NCBI GenBank assembly: GCA_041633895.1 | Contig: JBFJMP010000001.1 | Location: forward strand, 1 to 24,908 | Reading direction: 5' to 3' | DNA length: 24,908 nucleotides | Source of the DNA: Nitriliruptoraceae bacterium | GTDB lineage: Bacteria > Actinomycetota > Nitriliruptoria > Nitriliruptorales > Nitriliruptoraceae | Part shown: positions 1 through 7,813 of the stretch, in pieces | Numbering within the stretch: the stretch's first letter is position 1 | How the letters are laid out: each line of letters begins with the position of its first letter | Notes under the pieces: generated by a model | The model's input: only the letters and a program-made list of their open reading frames with translations | Databases searched by the model: none | What the model was told of the DNA's origin: nothing | Translations under genes and position numbers: made by a program

Positions 1-2
1 CG

Positions 3-548
3 GATCCAGGGTCGTTCACCTTCAGGGCGGCGAAGGACCTCCAGCTTCTGGGGTCATCCATCAACGAGCCGGAGGTGAAGGAGGCCTTCATCAACCTCGA
101 CCTGGCCCACGTCCTGCACTTCGGCGACCACGTCCAGCAGCGCGTGGTCGCCGCGATCGGCACCGACTTCCACGGGGAACTGCTGGTGGGGCAGGCCACC
201 GTCGTGCGCACCGAGGATCCGCGCCAACCCTTCCTGATCGCCGCCCCGACCATGCGCGTCCCGATGCGCCTGCCACCGGACACCGTCAATCCGTACCTCG
301 CGATGCGAGCGGTCCTCCTGGCCGCGGCTCGCCATCCCGAGCCGATCCGGTCGGTCGCCGTCCCCGGCCTGGGCACCGGAGTCGGGCGCATGCCCCCGGC
401 CGTCGCGGCGCATCAGATGGCCAGGGCCGTCCGTCGAGTTCGGCACGGCGCCACCGGACCGCCCCAGACGTGGGACCTCGCCGTCCAGGAGCACGTCATC
501 CTGACAAATCGACAGGGTCCGTCCGTGCCGTCTACGTTCCCCACGTGA
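3..548 (+). CDS. Macro-domain (ADP-ribose-binding/Appr-1-p-processing family) C-terminal portion, 5'-partial; N-terminal segment does not look like macro
   Basis: Frame is open from base 3 to TGA 548 (the ORF track starts at GTG 75). HFGDHVQQRV..GELLVGQA..FLIAAPTMRVPM..TVNPYLAMRAVL..SVAVPGLGTGVG..AHQM matches the macro family, including the GLGTGVG loop. The upstream SPANSxGxMDGG-type motif is absent. Confidence 0.75.
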   Translation, partial: DPGSFTFRAAKDLQLLGSSINEPEVKEAFINLDLAHVLHFGDHVQQRVVAAIGTDFHGELLVGQATVVRTEDPRQPFLIAAPTMRVPMRLPPDTVNPYLAMRAVLLAAARHPEPIRSVAVPGLGTGVGRMPPAVAAHQMARAVRRVRHGATGPPQTWDLAVQEHVILTNRQGPSVPSTFPT

Positions 549-582
549 TCGCGAACGGGCACGCGATCCGCGGGGGCAGACC

Positions 583-2445
583 ATGATCGGGTTCGGACAG
601 GGGCAGGACCGCGCTGAGCGGCTGCTGACGCTGTCGTGCGTCCTGCAGGTCGGGCGTCCGCTGTCACTGCTGGACCTCCGGGAGCGCTTCGGTCTCTACG
701 CCGGCGGCAGCGAGGACGCCTCGCGCCGGAAGTTCGAACGGGACAAGGCCGACCTGCGCGAACTCGGGATCCATGTCGAGTCCATGACCCTGCGCGGCGA
801 GGAGGTCTACCGCCTGCCGACGCGACCGCCGTCCATCGCCATCTCATGGACGCCCGAGGAGGCGCTCGCCCTCGCGGCGCTCGCGGCCGCCGTGGGCGAC
901 GAGGTCACGGGTGGGGCCCTCGCCAAGACGTCGTTCCACACGGGCGACTACCCGGCCGAGTCCTCCGCCGCTCGCATCCGGCTCGACCTCGGCGTGTCCC
1001 CCGCCCTGCTCGACGCCCACGCGCAACGGCGGCGCGTGTCGTTCACCTATCGCAACGCCAAGGGCGAGGTGGCGGAGCGCCTGTTCGAGCCATGGGCCCT
1101 CGCAACGCGTCGCTCACAGTCCTACGTCACCGGGTACGACGTGGTCAGCGACGAGGGTCGGGTCTTCCGGCTCGATCGCATCGTCGGCGAGGTCACCGAC
1201 GTCGGGGAGGCCGTCCACGAGCGTCCAGCGGAGGGACTCGGCCTCCCGTTGGCCCCGCAGGTCCGGGCCACGGTCCACCTGCGCGTCCCCCACGCCCGCC
1301 TCGCCGATGCCCTCGCGATGGGTGCCGAGGTCGTCGAGTCGGACGAGGCCACCGTCGAGGTGCGCCTGACGGACATCCGCGAGGAGTCCGCGATCGGGTG
1401 GGCGCTGCGCCACCTTGCCGACGTCGTGTCCCCCGACCCGATCAGCGACGCGGTCGACGCACGGCGTTCGCGCATCGCGGACGTCCACACGGGACCGCCA
1501 TCGCTCGACCCACTCGACGAGCCCGCGGCCGCCCCGCGGACCCGACGAGCCGGCCTGTCCGAGGAACGGCTCGCGCGGCTCCTCGCGCTCCCGGAATGGC
1601 TGGCCGCGCGGCCCGGCGTCACCGTCGAGGAGGTGGCGACGGCCTTCGGCTGCGACCTGGACGAGGTCAAGGGCGAACTCGAACTGCTGGAGTGGCTGGA
1701 GATCCCGCGCCTCGGGTTCGTGGGCGACCTCACGATCGACGACACCAACGGCCAGGTCGAGTTCCGCACCCACATGAACGCGCCCCGGGCCGACCTGACG
1801 ACCGTGGAGGCCGTGCACCTGCTCTCGCTCGTCACCGCGGCACAGGCCCTGTTGCCCTCCGCGACCTCGTCCGTCCTCGAGTCGGTCGAGAAGCGACTGC
1901 GCGACGTGCTGCCTGACGGCATCGACGCGTGGCACCTCAACGACCTGGCGAACCCCGCGGTCGCCACGTTGCGGGACGTCGTCGGGACGGACGTCGTGGT
2001 GCGCTTCCGCTACCACGGTCGCCGCGACGCGGAAGCGACCGAACGTCGTGCGCGGCCGCTGCAGTTCCAGTTGACCGGTGGGGCGCTGTACCTGTCGGGA
2101 TTCGACGTGGACCGGGGCGGGGTGCGCAGCTTCAGGCTCGAACGGATGTCGGACGTGACCGTCGAGGGCGCCTCCGACGACGACGGCCAGGACGCCACGC
2201 CGATCGAGCCCGACTACGTGGCGGTGGACGACGAGGTCCGCGTGGAACTCCGGTTGTCCTCGCAGGCCACGTGGATCCTCACCCTGGTCGACGCAACCAC
2301 CTGCCGCGACCTCGGCGACGGTGCCGTGCACGCCGTCGTCCACACCGACGTCCCGGACTGGCTGCTGTCACACGTCCGCGCGGCTGGCGGCGAGGCCGAG
2401 GTGCTGCACCCCGACGCGCTCCGGCAGGCCCTCGCCGCACGCTGA
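583..2445 (+). CDS. pafBC: WYL-domain transcriptional regulator, natural PafB-PafC fusion (HTH-WYL-WCX twice), 620 aa
   Basis: PafB-type N-terminus (AERLLTL..RRKFERDKADLRELGI), first WYL (VSFTYR..EPWAL..SYVTGYD..RVFRLDRIVG), PafC-type HTH (ERLARLLALPEWLAARPGVTVEEVATAFG), second WYL (RFRYHG..LYLSGFD..RSFRLERMSD). Confidence 0.88.
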   Translation: MIGFGQGQDRAERLLTLSCVLQVGRPLSLLDLRERFGLYAGGSEDASRRKFERDKADLRELGIHVESMTLRGEEVYRLPTRPPSIAISWTPEEALALAALAAAVGDEVTGGALAKTSFHTGDYPAESSAARIRLDLGVSPALLDAHAQRRRVSFTYRNAKGEVAERLFEPWALATRRSQSYVTGYDVVSDEGRVFRLDRIVGEVTDVGEAVHERPAEGLGLPLAPQVRATVHLRVPHARLADALAMGAEVVESDEATVEVRLTDIREESAIGWALRHLADVVSPDPISDAVDARRSRIADVHTGPPSLDPLDEPAAAPRTRRAGLSEERLARLLALPEWLAARPGVTVEEVATAFGCDLDEVKGELELLEWLEIPRLGFVGDLTIDDTNGQVEFRTHMNAPRADLTTVEAVHLLSLVTAAQALLPSATSSVLESVEKRLRDVLPDGIDAWHLNDLANPAVATLRDVVGTDVVVRFRYHGRRDAEATERRARPLQFQLTGGALYLSGFDVDRGGVRSFRLERMSDVTVEGASDDDGQDATPIEPDYVAVDDEVRVELRLSSQATWILTLVDATTCRDLGDGAVHAVVHTDVPDWLLSHVRAAGGEAEVLHPDALRQALAAR

Positions 2446-2519
2446 CGTCGACCCCGACGGGGCGTCGGTACCCTCCGCCGCCTGCCCTCGACAGTCGGGC
2501 CGCACCACGCGAGGGACCC

Positions 2520-3026
2520 ATGATCACCCGCAGCGCGCTTGCGTTCGCCGTCGTCGCAGCGATCACGCTCACCGCCTGCACGGGCGACGACCCGACGCCC
2601 GACACGCCCAAGCCGGCCCCTGCAACGTCAACGTCCCCGGACCCCGGACCGAAGCCAGCAACGGGTGACGTCCCGGCACCCGACATGTTCGGCGAGTGGG
2701 GCGACTTCTCCCTCAGCGGCGTGTCCTACCTCGCGGTCGCGCGGTCGTGCCTGGTGACCGCGGACGACGCCCCGGACACGGCAATCGCCTTCGACGTGGT
2801 CGGCGGTGCCGTGAACAGCACGCTGCGCGTGGAACTCGTCACCCAGAACGGGATCGACTACCACGTAGAACTCGAACAGGTGGCCCCCGAGGGCGACCTT
2901 CCCGTCATCACCGGAACCGCGGAGGTCGAGGGGGAGGACATGGACCACACGTTCGCCGTGGGCACCTTCACGAACGGTGGCGCCTTCACGTTCTCGCTCG
3001 TGATCGCCGGCGCCCCGACCTGCTGA
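2520..3026 (+). CDS. Lipoprotein of unknown function, 168 aa
   Basis: ATG 2520 after GAGGGA; signal peptide with lipobox LTAC followed by a Pro/Thr-rich linker; in frame with track ORF 1929..3026. Confidence 0.8.
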   Translation: MITRSALAFAVVAAITLTACTGDDPTPDTPKPAPATSTSPDPGPKPATGDVPAPDMFGEWGDFSLSGVSYLAVARSCLVTADDAPDTAIAFDVVGGAVNSTLRVELVTQNGIDYHVELEQVAPEGDLPVITGTAEVEGEDMDHTFAVGTFTNGGAFTFSLVIAGAPTC

Positions 3027-3032
3027 CGCAGA

Positions 3033-3085
3033 CGAAGGGGGCGTGGCGGCGGCCCCTGTGCGAACCACCAGCCACGCCCCGTTCG
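3033..3085. terminator. Inverted repeat between convergent lipoprotein genes, likely bidirectional terminator
   Basis: CGAAGGGGGCGTGGC (3033-3047) and GCCACGCCCCGTTCG (3071-3085) pair at 14/15 positions around a 23-nt loop, between stops at 3026 and 3099. Confidence 0.7.
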
Positions 3086-3098
3086 GCGTTCCCCGGAC

Positions 3099-3584
3099 TC
3101 AGCAGTCGTCGAGGACCGACGTGTCGCTGATCTCGAGGACCACGTTGACGGCCGGAACGTCGTCGGAGGACAGCGTGGCCTCGTAGACCACGAAGTCGCC
3201 GACCTCGGACACGTCGAGGAGTTCGGTCTCGGCAACGGCGCCCTCGGCCGAGTACCGCAGGGCGACGCTGGTGTCGGTGCGGACCAGCTCGATGGTGACC
3301 TCGCCCTCCGTCGTGGCGGACACACCGCTGGCCGTGTTGCAGGCGACGGCGATGGGCACACGCTGGTCGTCGAACGTCAGGGCGATGGCGGCCGGCTGGG
3401 TGCCGCCGGCGGCGGCATCCCCGTCCGTCTCGGGATCGACAGCGGGCTCGTCGATGGCGGGCTCGTCGCCCATGCCGTCGCTCGATTCCGTGGGGTCCTC
3501 GATCGGGTCGCTCGCGTCGTCGCTGCACGCGGCGAGCGACAGGGACATGGCGAGGGCGAGCGCGAGGGCGTGGCGGGTACGCAT
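3099..3584 (-). CDS. Acidic lipoprotein of unknown function, 161 aa
   Basis: Signal peptide with lipobox LAAC, Asp/Glu/Pro-rich linker; AGGA upstream of the ATG. Confidence 0.8.
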   Translation of the reverse strand: MRTRHALALALAMSLSLAACSDDASDPIEDPTESSDGMGDEPAIDEPAVDPETDGDAAAGGTQPAAIALTFDDQRVPIAVACNTASGVSATTEGEVTIELVRTDTSVALRYSAEGAVAETELLDVSEVGDFVVYEATLSSDDVPAVNVVLEISDTSVLDDC

Positions 3585-3690
3585 GGGAGTTCCTGATGAT
3601 GGGGGGAGTCAGCGTGCGCCGAGCGGCGCTGAGGGGTCAGACGTGCGCGACGGCACTGCGGTTGCACGACCGCACGAAATGGACACGCGA

Positions 3691-6000
3691 TCAGCGCCCG
3701 ACCTGCTCCCCGACGCGCTCGGCGGACTCCGAGCCCCCTTCGACATCCAGCGTCGGCAGGACCCGGTCGAGCCACGCGGGCAACCACCAGTTGCGGTCCC
3801 CCAGCAACTCCATGGTCGCCGGCACGAGGAGCATCCGGACGATCGTCGCGTCGAGGAAGATGGCGACGGCCAGGCCCGTACCCATCAACTTCAGGACCCG
3901 GTCGGACTCCAGCAGGAACGAGCCGAAGACCACGACCATGATCGCGGCGGCGGCGGTGATGACCTTCGCCGTCGCGGCCAGGCCGTCCGCGACCGAGGTC
4001 TGGCTGTCACCCGTGAGCCGCCACTCCTCGCGGATGCGGGACAGCAGGAACACCTCGTAGTCCATCGACAGTCCGAAGACGATGGCGAAGAGCATCATGG
4101 GCGCCCACGGTTCGATGGGCGCGGGCTGGACGCCGGTCAGGTCGGACAGCCACCCCCACTGGAACAGCGCGACCACCACGCCGTACGCCGCACCGATGGA
4201 CAGCAGGTTCATCAGCACCGCCTTGAGCGGCACGAGCACCGAGCGGAAGACGAGCAGCAGCAGGACGAACGACAGGATCAGCACGGCCCCGAAGAAGTAG
4301 GGGTAGCGCGACGCAAGGAAGTCGGCGAAGTCCAGGGACACGGCGACCTGCCCCGTGACGTTCACCTCGACGCCGATCTGCTCCTCGATCGGCGGCAACA
4401 CGCTCGTCCGAAGGCGGCCGATCATCTGCTCGGTGTCCAGGTCCTGAGGGCCCGTTGTCGGCACGACCTGCCACAGCACCGCCGCCCCGTCCGGGCTGGT
4501 GACCGGGAACGACGCGAAGGCCACGCCCGGGTCCTGCCCCACCGCGAGGTTCACCTGCTGGAGGGCAGCGCCCGGATCGGTGCCGTCACCCAGTTCGGCG
4601 GTGAGGATGAGCGGCCCGTTGAAGCCCTCGCCGAAGCCCTCGACCAGGAGCTCGTAGGCCTGACGCGTCGAGGTGTCCTCGGCGTAGTTGCTCTCGTCCG
4701 AGAACCCGAGTCGGAGGCCGAGGACCGGAATCGTCATGATCGCCAGCGCGAGGGCTGCCGCGATCGCCGCGGTCCATGGGCGGTGCTGGATGACGCGGCT
4801 CCAGCGGTAGGCGACGGTGTCGCGCCGGTCCGGCTCGGCGCGATGTGGGACCTCCTCGCGCAGCGCGGGCACGAAGAAGCCGGCGATGAGCACGATGGCG
4901 GCGACCGGCATGCCGAGCAGCAGTGGTGTGAACTCCAGACCCACGCCGACGAGGCCCACCGCCACGAAGCCAGCCGCGATCAGGCCGCGCCAGCGTGTGC
5001 GTTCGATGCGTTCCCCAGCCAGGGCGAGCAGGGCGGGCAGCAGGGTCAGGGACGCAAGGATGGTCAGGAAGACCACGGAGGCGGCACCGACGGCGATGCC
5101 GTTGACGAAGCTCACGCCCATCAGCAGCATCCCGAGCAGCGAGATGACGACGGTCATGCCCGCGAAGGTGACCGACCGCCCGGCGGTGTCCACGGCGATC
5201 CCGATCGACTCGCGGGTGTCGTGGCCGGCATGGAGCTGTTCGCGGTAGCGCGTGACGATCAGCAGCGCGTAGTCGATGCCGACGCCCAGGCCGATCATGA
5301 TCCCGAGGAAGGTCGAGGTCTCGGGGATCGTGATGACGTTGCTGACCGCGGTGATCAGCGAGATCCCGATGCCGATCCCGAACAGGGCGACGCCGACCGG
5401 GAGCCCCATCGCCAGGACCGACCCGAAGGCGACGATCAGGATCACGATCGCGAAGCCGAGGCCGATGACCTCGGAGGAGGGTTGCTCGAACTCGGCGAAG
5501 ATGAAGCCGCCGAGTTCGATCTGCAGGCCGGCGAGGTCGGGCGCCGACTCGAGGATGGCGTCGCGGATCACGCCCGCACGGGTGAAGTCGAGGTCGTCGG
5601 GGACCTCGACGGCGGCGAAGGCGATCTGCCCGGCGGCCGGACCGCGGGAGGCGATCTGCTGTCCCGTCGGGTCGTCGTAGGGGCTCTGGACGCGCAGCAC
5701 GTTGTCGAGGGCGGCCACCTCGGCGAACAGCGTCTGCATGGCGGTTCGAACGGCCTCGTCGTCGACGCCCTGCTCGGCGCGGAACACGATCGTGCCGGTC
5801 GTGCCGGTGCCCGCCCCGCCGAAGTGCTCGTCGAGGATGTCGAAGCCGGTACGGGACTCCGAGTCGGGGAGGTTGAACTCGTCGCGGAAGGCGTTGCCGG
5901 CGATGCCGGACAGCGCGCCACTGAAGACCAGGGCCGCGACCCAGATCGCGAGGACTACCGTTCGGCGGTCGTGACAGGCATGACCCAAGCGGGCGAACAC
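3691..6000 (-). CDS. MMPL (RND superfamily) transporter, 769 aa
   Basis: Two repeats of TM plus extracytoplasmic loop plus TM bundle; motifs GLGVGIDYALL and FGLSMDYEVF; C-terminal LVPATMELLGDRNWWLP. Start placed at GTG 6000 after GGGAG (the track extends to 6081). Confidence 0.92.
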   Translation of the reverse strand: MFARLGHACHDRRTVVLAIWVAALVFSGALSGIAGNAFRDEFNLPDSESRTGFDILDEHFGGAGTGTTGTIVFRAEQGVDDEAVRTAMQTLFAEVAALDNVLRVQSPYDDPTGQQIASRGPAAGQIAFAAVEVPDDLDFTRAGVIRDAILESAPDLAGLQIELGGFIFAEFEQPSSEVIGLGFAIVILIVAFGSVLAMGLPVGVALFGIGIGISLITAVSNVITIPETSTFLGIMIGLGVGIDYALLIVTRYREQLHAGHDTRESIGIAVDTAGRSVTFAGMTVVISLLGMLLMGVSFVNGIAVGAASVVFLTILASLTLLPALLALAGERIERTRWRGLIAAGFVAVGLVGVGLEFTPLLLGMPVAAIVLIAGFFVPALREEVPHRAEPDRRDTVAYRWSRVIQHRPWTAAIAAALALAIMTIPVLGLRLGFSDESNYAEDTSTRQAYELLVEGFGEGFNGPLILTAELGDGTDPGAALQQVNLAVGQDPGVAFASFPVTSPDGAAVLWQVVPTTGPQDLDTEQMIGRLRTSVLPPIEEQIGVEVNVTGQVAVSLDFADFLASRYPYFFGAVLILSFVLLLLVFRSVLVPLKAVLMNLLSIGAAYGVVVALFQWGWLSDLTGVQPAPIEPWAPMMLFAIVFGLSMDYEVFLLSRIREEWRLTGDSQTSVADGLAATAKVITAAAAIMVVVFGSFLLESDRVLKLMGTGLAVAIFLDATIVRMLLVPATMELLGDRNWWLPAWLDRVLPTLDVEGGSESAERVGEQVGR

Positions 6001-6138
6001 GGCGCTCCCAACTCGTCCGGCGCGTCCCAAACCGCCGACGTGCCATCCATCATGGGGCCCCGGAGCGTCGCGCGCCACCATCCTGTGCGTTGGACCTCCT
6101 AGGGTCCGTCACGTCGGACGTCGCGGAGGGGTTCAGGA

Positions 6139-7284
6139 ATGCAGACGAGACGAATGGCCGTCGCAGCCCTGGTGGGCGCCGTTCTGGCCGCGCCGGGCGT
6201 GGCCTCGGCCGACCCGGCCACGGCCGTGACCCGCTCGGACGCCGACGTCGCGGTCACCAACCCGGGCGACGGCGAGACCTACGACCTCGACGGGTTCGTC
6301 GTGGGACCTGACGGCTGCGAGCCGACGACGGCGATCCTGCTCCTCCACGGGCTGAGTTACACCGGTGAGTCGTGGGACGTCGCCGGGTACTCGTGGACCC
6401 GGATGCTCGCTGCCCGCGGCTACGACGTGTACGCGATCGACCGCCTCGGCTACGGCGACTCGGTCCTCGACGACGGGTACGCCGTGTCCACGCACGGCCA
6501 TGCCGACATGGCGGCGCAGGTCGTGACGCAGTTGACCGAGTCCTACGACGACGTCGTGCTCGCCGGTCACTCGGCGGGGGCCGAGACGGCCATCAGCGCG
6601 GTCGGCATCAACGGGGCGCCCGTCAGCGCGTTGGTGGCGATGGGTTACCACACGTATCCGGACCCGCTGTTCATCGCCAACGACTACGCCCAGAACGAAC
6701 TCGACGCGCTCCAGGACGACTACGTCTACTTCCTGAGCACTCCCGAGCGTCGCGCCGAGATGTTCTACACCGCCGAGAACGCGGACCCCGAGGTCATCGC
6801 CGCCGACACCGCCGCCGCCGTGCTGACCCCGAGTGGCGAGATCATCACGATCACCTACCAGCCGGCCCGCATCGGTTCCGCGCTGGTCGGGGTCCCCACG
6901 ATGCTCCAGCTCGGCGAGGACGACCAGCTGTTCCCGGTCGAGTACGCACCGTTCTGGGAGGCGCAGTTCCTGCTGGCCCCGTCGGTGACGACCGACGTCG
7001 TCCCCGGGTCCGCCCACACCTACATGCTGCACCACGAGGGACCCGCCGCCGCCGAGCGCATGGCCGACTGGATCGGGGGCCCGGCCGGGCTGCCCGGCTG
7101 CGTCGTGCCCACGGGCACCGCGGCACCGACGCCCACACCGGACCCGGCGCCAGCGGATGAGTCGGCCGCGCCCACGACGGCCACCGCCGATCAGGGCTCG
7201 TTGCCGTCGACGGGGTCCGGGGCAGCCGGCGCCGCCCTGGCCGTGCTGATGCTGGGGACGGTCCTGCGTCGTCGCCTGGCCTGA
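6139..7284 (+). CDS. Secreted alpha/beta hydrolase (esterase/lipase-like) with LPSTG sortase-type anchor, 381 aa
   Basis: Signal peptide ending ASA-D; oxyanion LLHG; nucleophile elbow GHSAG; candidate Asp (GEDD) and His (SAHTY); Pro/Thr/Ala linker, LPSTG, hydrophobic stretch and RRR tail. Confidence 0.88.
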   Translation: MQTRRMAVAALVGAVLAAPGVASADPATAVTRSDADVAVTNPGDGETYDLDGFVVGPDGCEPTTAILLLHGLSYTGESWDVAGYSWTRMLAARGYDVYAIDRLGYGDSVLDDGYAVSTHGHADMAAQVVTQLTESYDDVVLAGHSAGAETAISAVGINGAPVSALVAMGYHTYPDPLFIANDYAQNELDALQDDYVYFLSTPERRAEMFYTAENADPEVIAADTAAAVLTPSGEIITITYQPARIGSALVGVPTMLQLGEDDQLFPVEYAPFWEAQFLLAPSVTTDVVPGSAHTYMLHHEGPAAAERMADWIGGPAGLPGCVVPTGTAAPTPTPDPAPADESAAPTTATADQGSLPSTGSGAAGAALAVLMLGTVLRRRLA

Positions 7285-7292
7285 ACCTCCAC

Positions 7293-7309
7293 CTCAAGTT
7301 CTGCTCAAG
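7293..7309 (+). promoter_or_regulatory. Direct-repeat box A: CTCAAG-N5-CTCAAG (OmpR/PhoB-type operator candidate)
   Basis: Perfect hexamers at 7293 and 7304 (11-bp period) in the intergenic region upstream of the stand-alone receiver; -10-like TACCGT at 7347-7352. Confidence 0.65.
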
Positions 7310-7381
7310 GCTCGCCGCGCCCCGACCGCACGATCGGCCGCACCGTTACCGTGGCGGTGATCCTCGACAGACAGCACCGGC

Positions 7382-7813
7382 GTGACCTCAGCAGGCGACA
7401 ACGCGACCCCGAGGGTCGGACTGCGTGTGCTGGTCGCCGAGGACAGCCCGGTCAACCAGATCCTGCTCACGGACTTCCTCGAACTGCGCGGGCACGAGGT
7501 GATCGTCGCTGACGACGGCGCCGAGGCGGTCCGCCTCGCACTCCAGCAGCGCCCCGACGTCATCCTCATGGACGTCCAGATGCCCCAGATGGACGGACTC
7601 GAGGCGACGCGGCGCATCCGTGCGACCGCGGACGGTGCCCACGTCCCGATCATCGCCGTCACGGCCCTCGCCATGGACGGGGACCGGGACCGCTGCCTGG
7701 CGGCCGGCTGCGACGACCACGTCAGCAAACCGATCGACCTGCCGGCGCTGGCCGACCTGGCGGAGCGCCTCGCCGGCCTCCCCCGATCAGGTGGACTCAG
7801 CGACCCGAAGTGA
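7382..7813 (+). CDS. Single-domain response regulator (CheY/DivK-like), 143 aa
   Basis: VLVAEDS..PDVILMDVQMP.MDG..VTALA..DDHVSKP, with phospho-Asp, Thr and Lys intact. Start codon uncertain because the RBS is weak. Confidence 0.9.
   Translation: MTSAGDNATPRVGLRVLVAEDSPVNQILLTDFLELRGHEVIVADDGAEAVRLALQQRPDVILMDVQMPQMDGLEATRRIRATADGAHVPIIAVTALAMDGDRDRCLAAGCDDHVSKPIDLPALADLAERLAGLPRSGGLSDPK

Noticed and set aside
501-538. Possible PafBC box (TGTCGG-N10-TA-N3-T) or promoter upstream of pafBC
   Set aside because: TACGTT at 533-538 is -10-like, but the upstream hexamer matches only 4/6 and at the wrong spacing.
1-2445. Calling the WYL plus macro pair a defence system
   Set aside because: No nuclease, toxin or other effector is visible in the window; kept only as a hypothesis.
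6091-6107. Short imperfect palindrome GGACC..CTAG..GGTCC in the MMPL/hydrolase divergent region
   Set aside because: Arms are only 5 bp and no second copy was seen; likely chance in GC-rich DNA.
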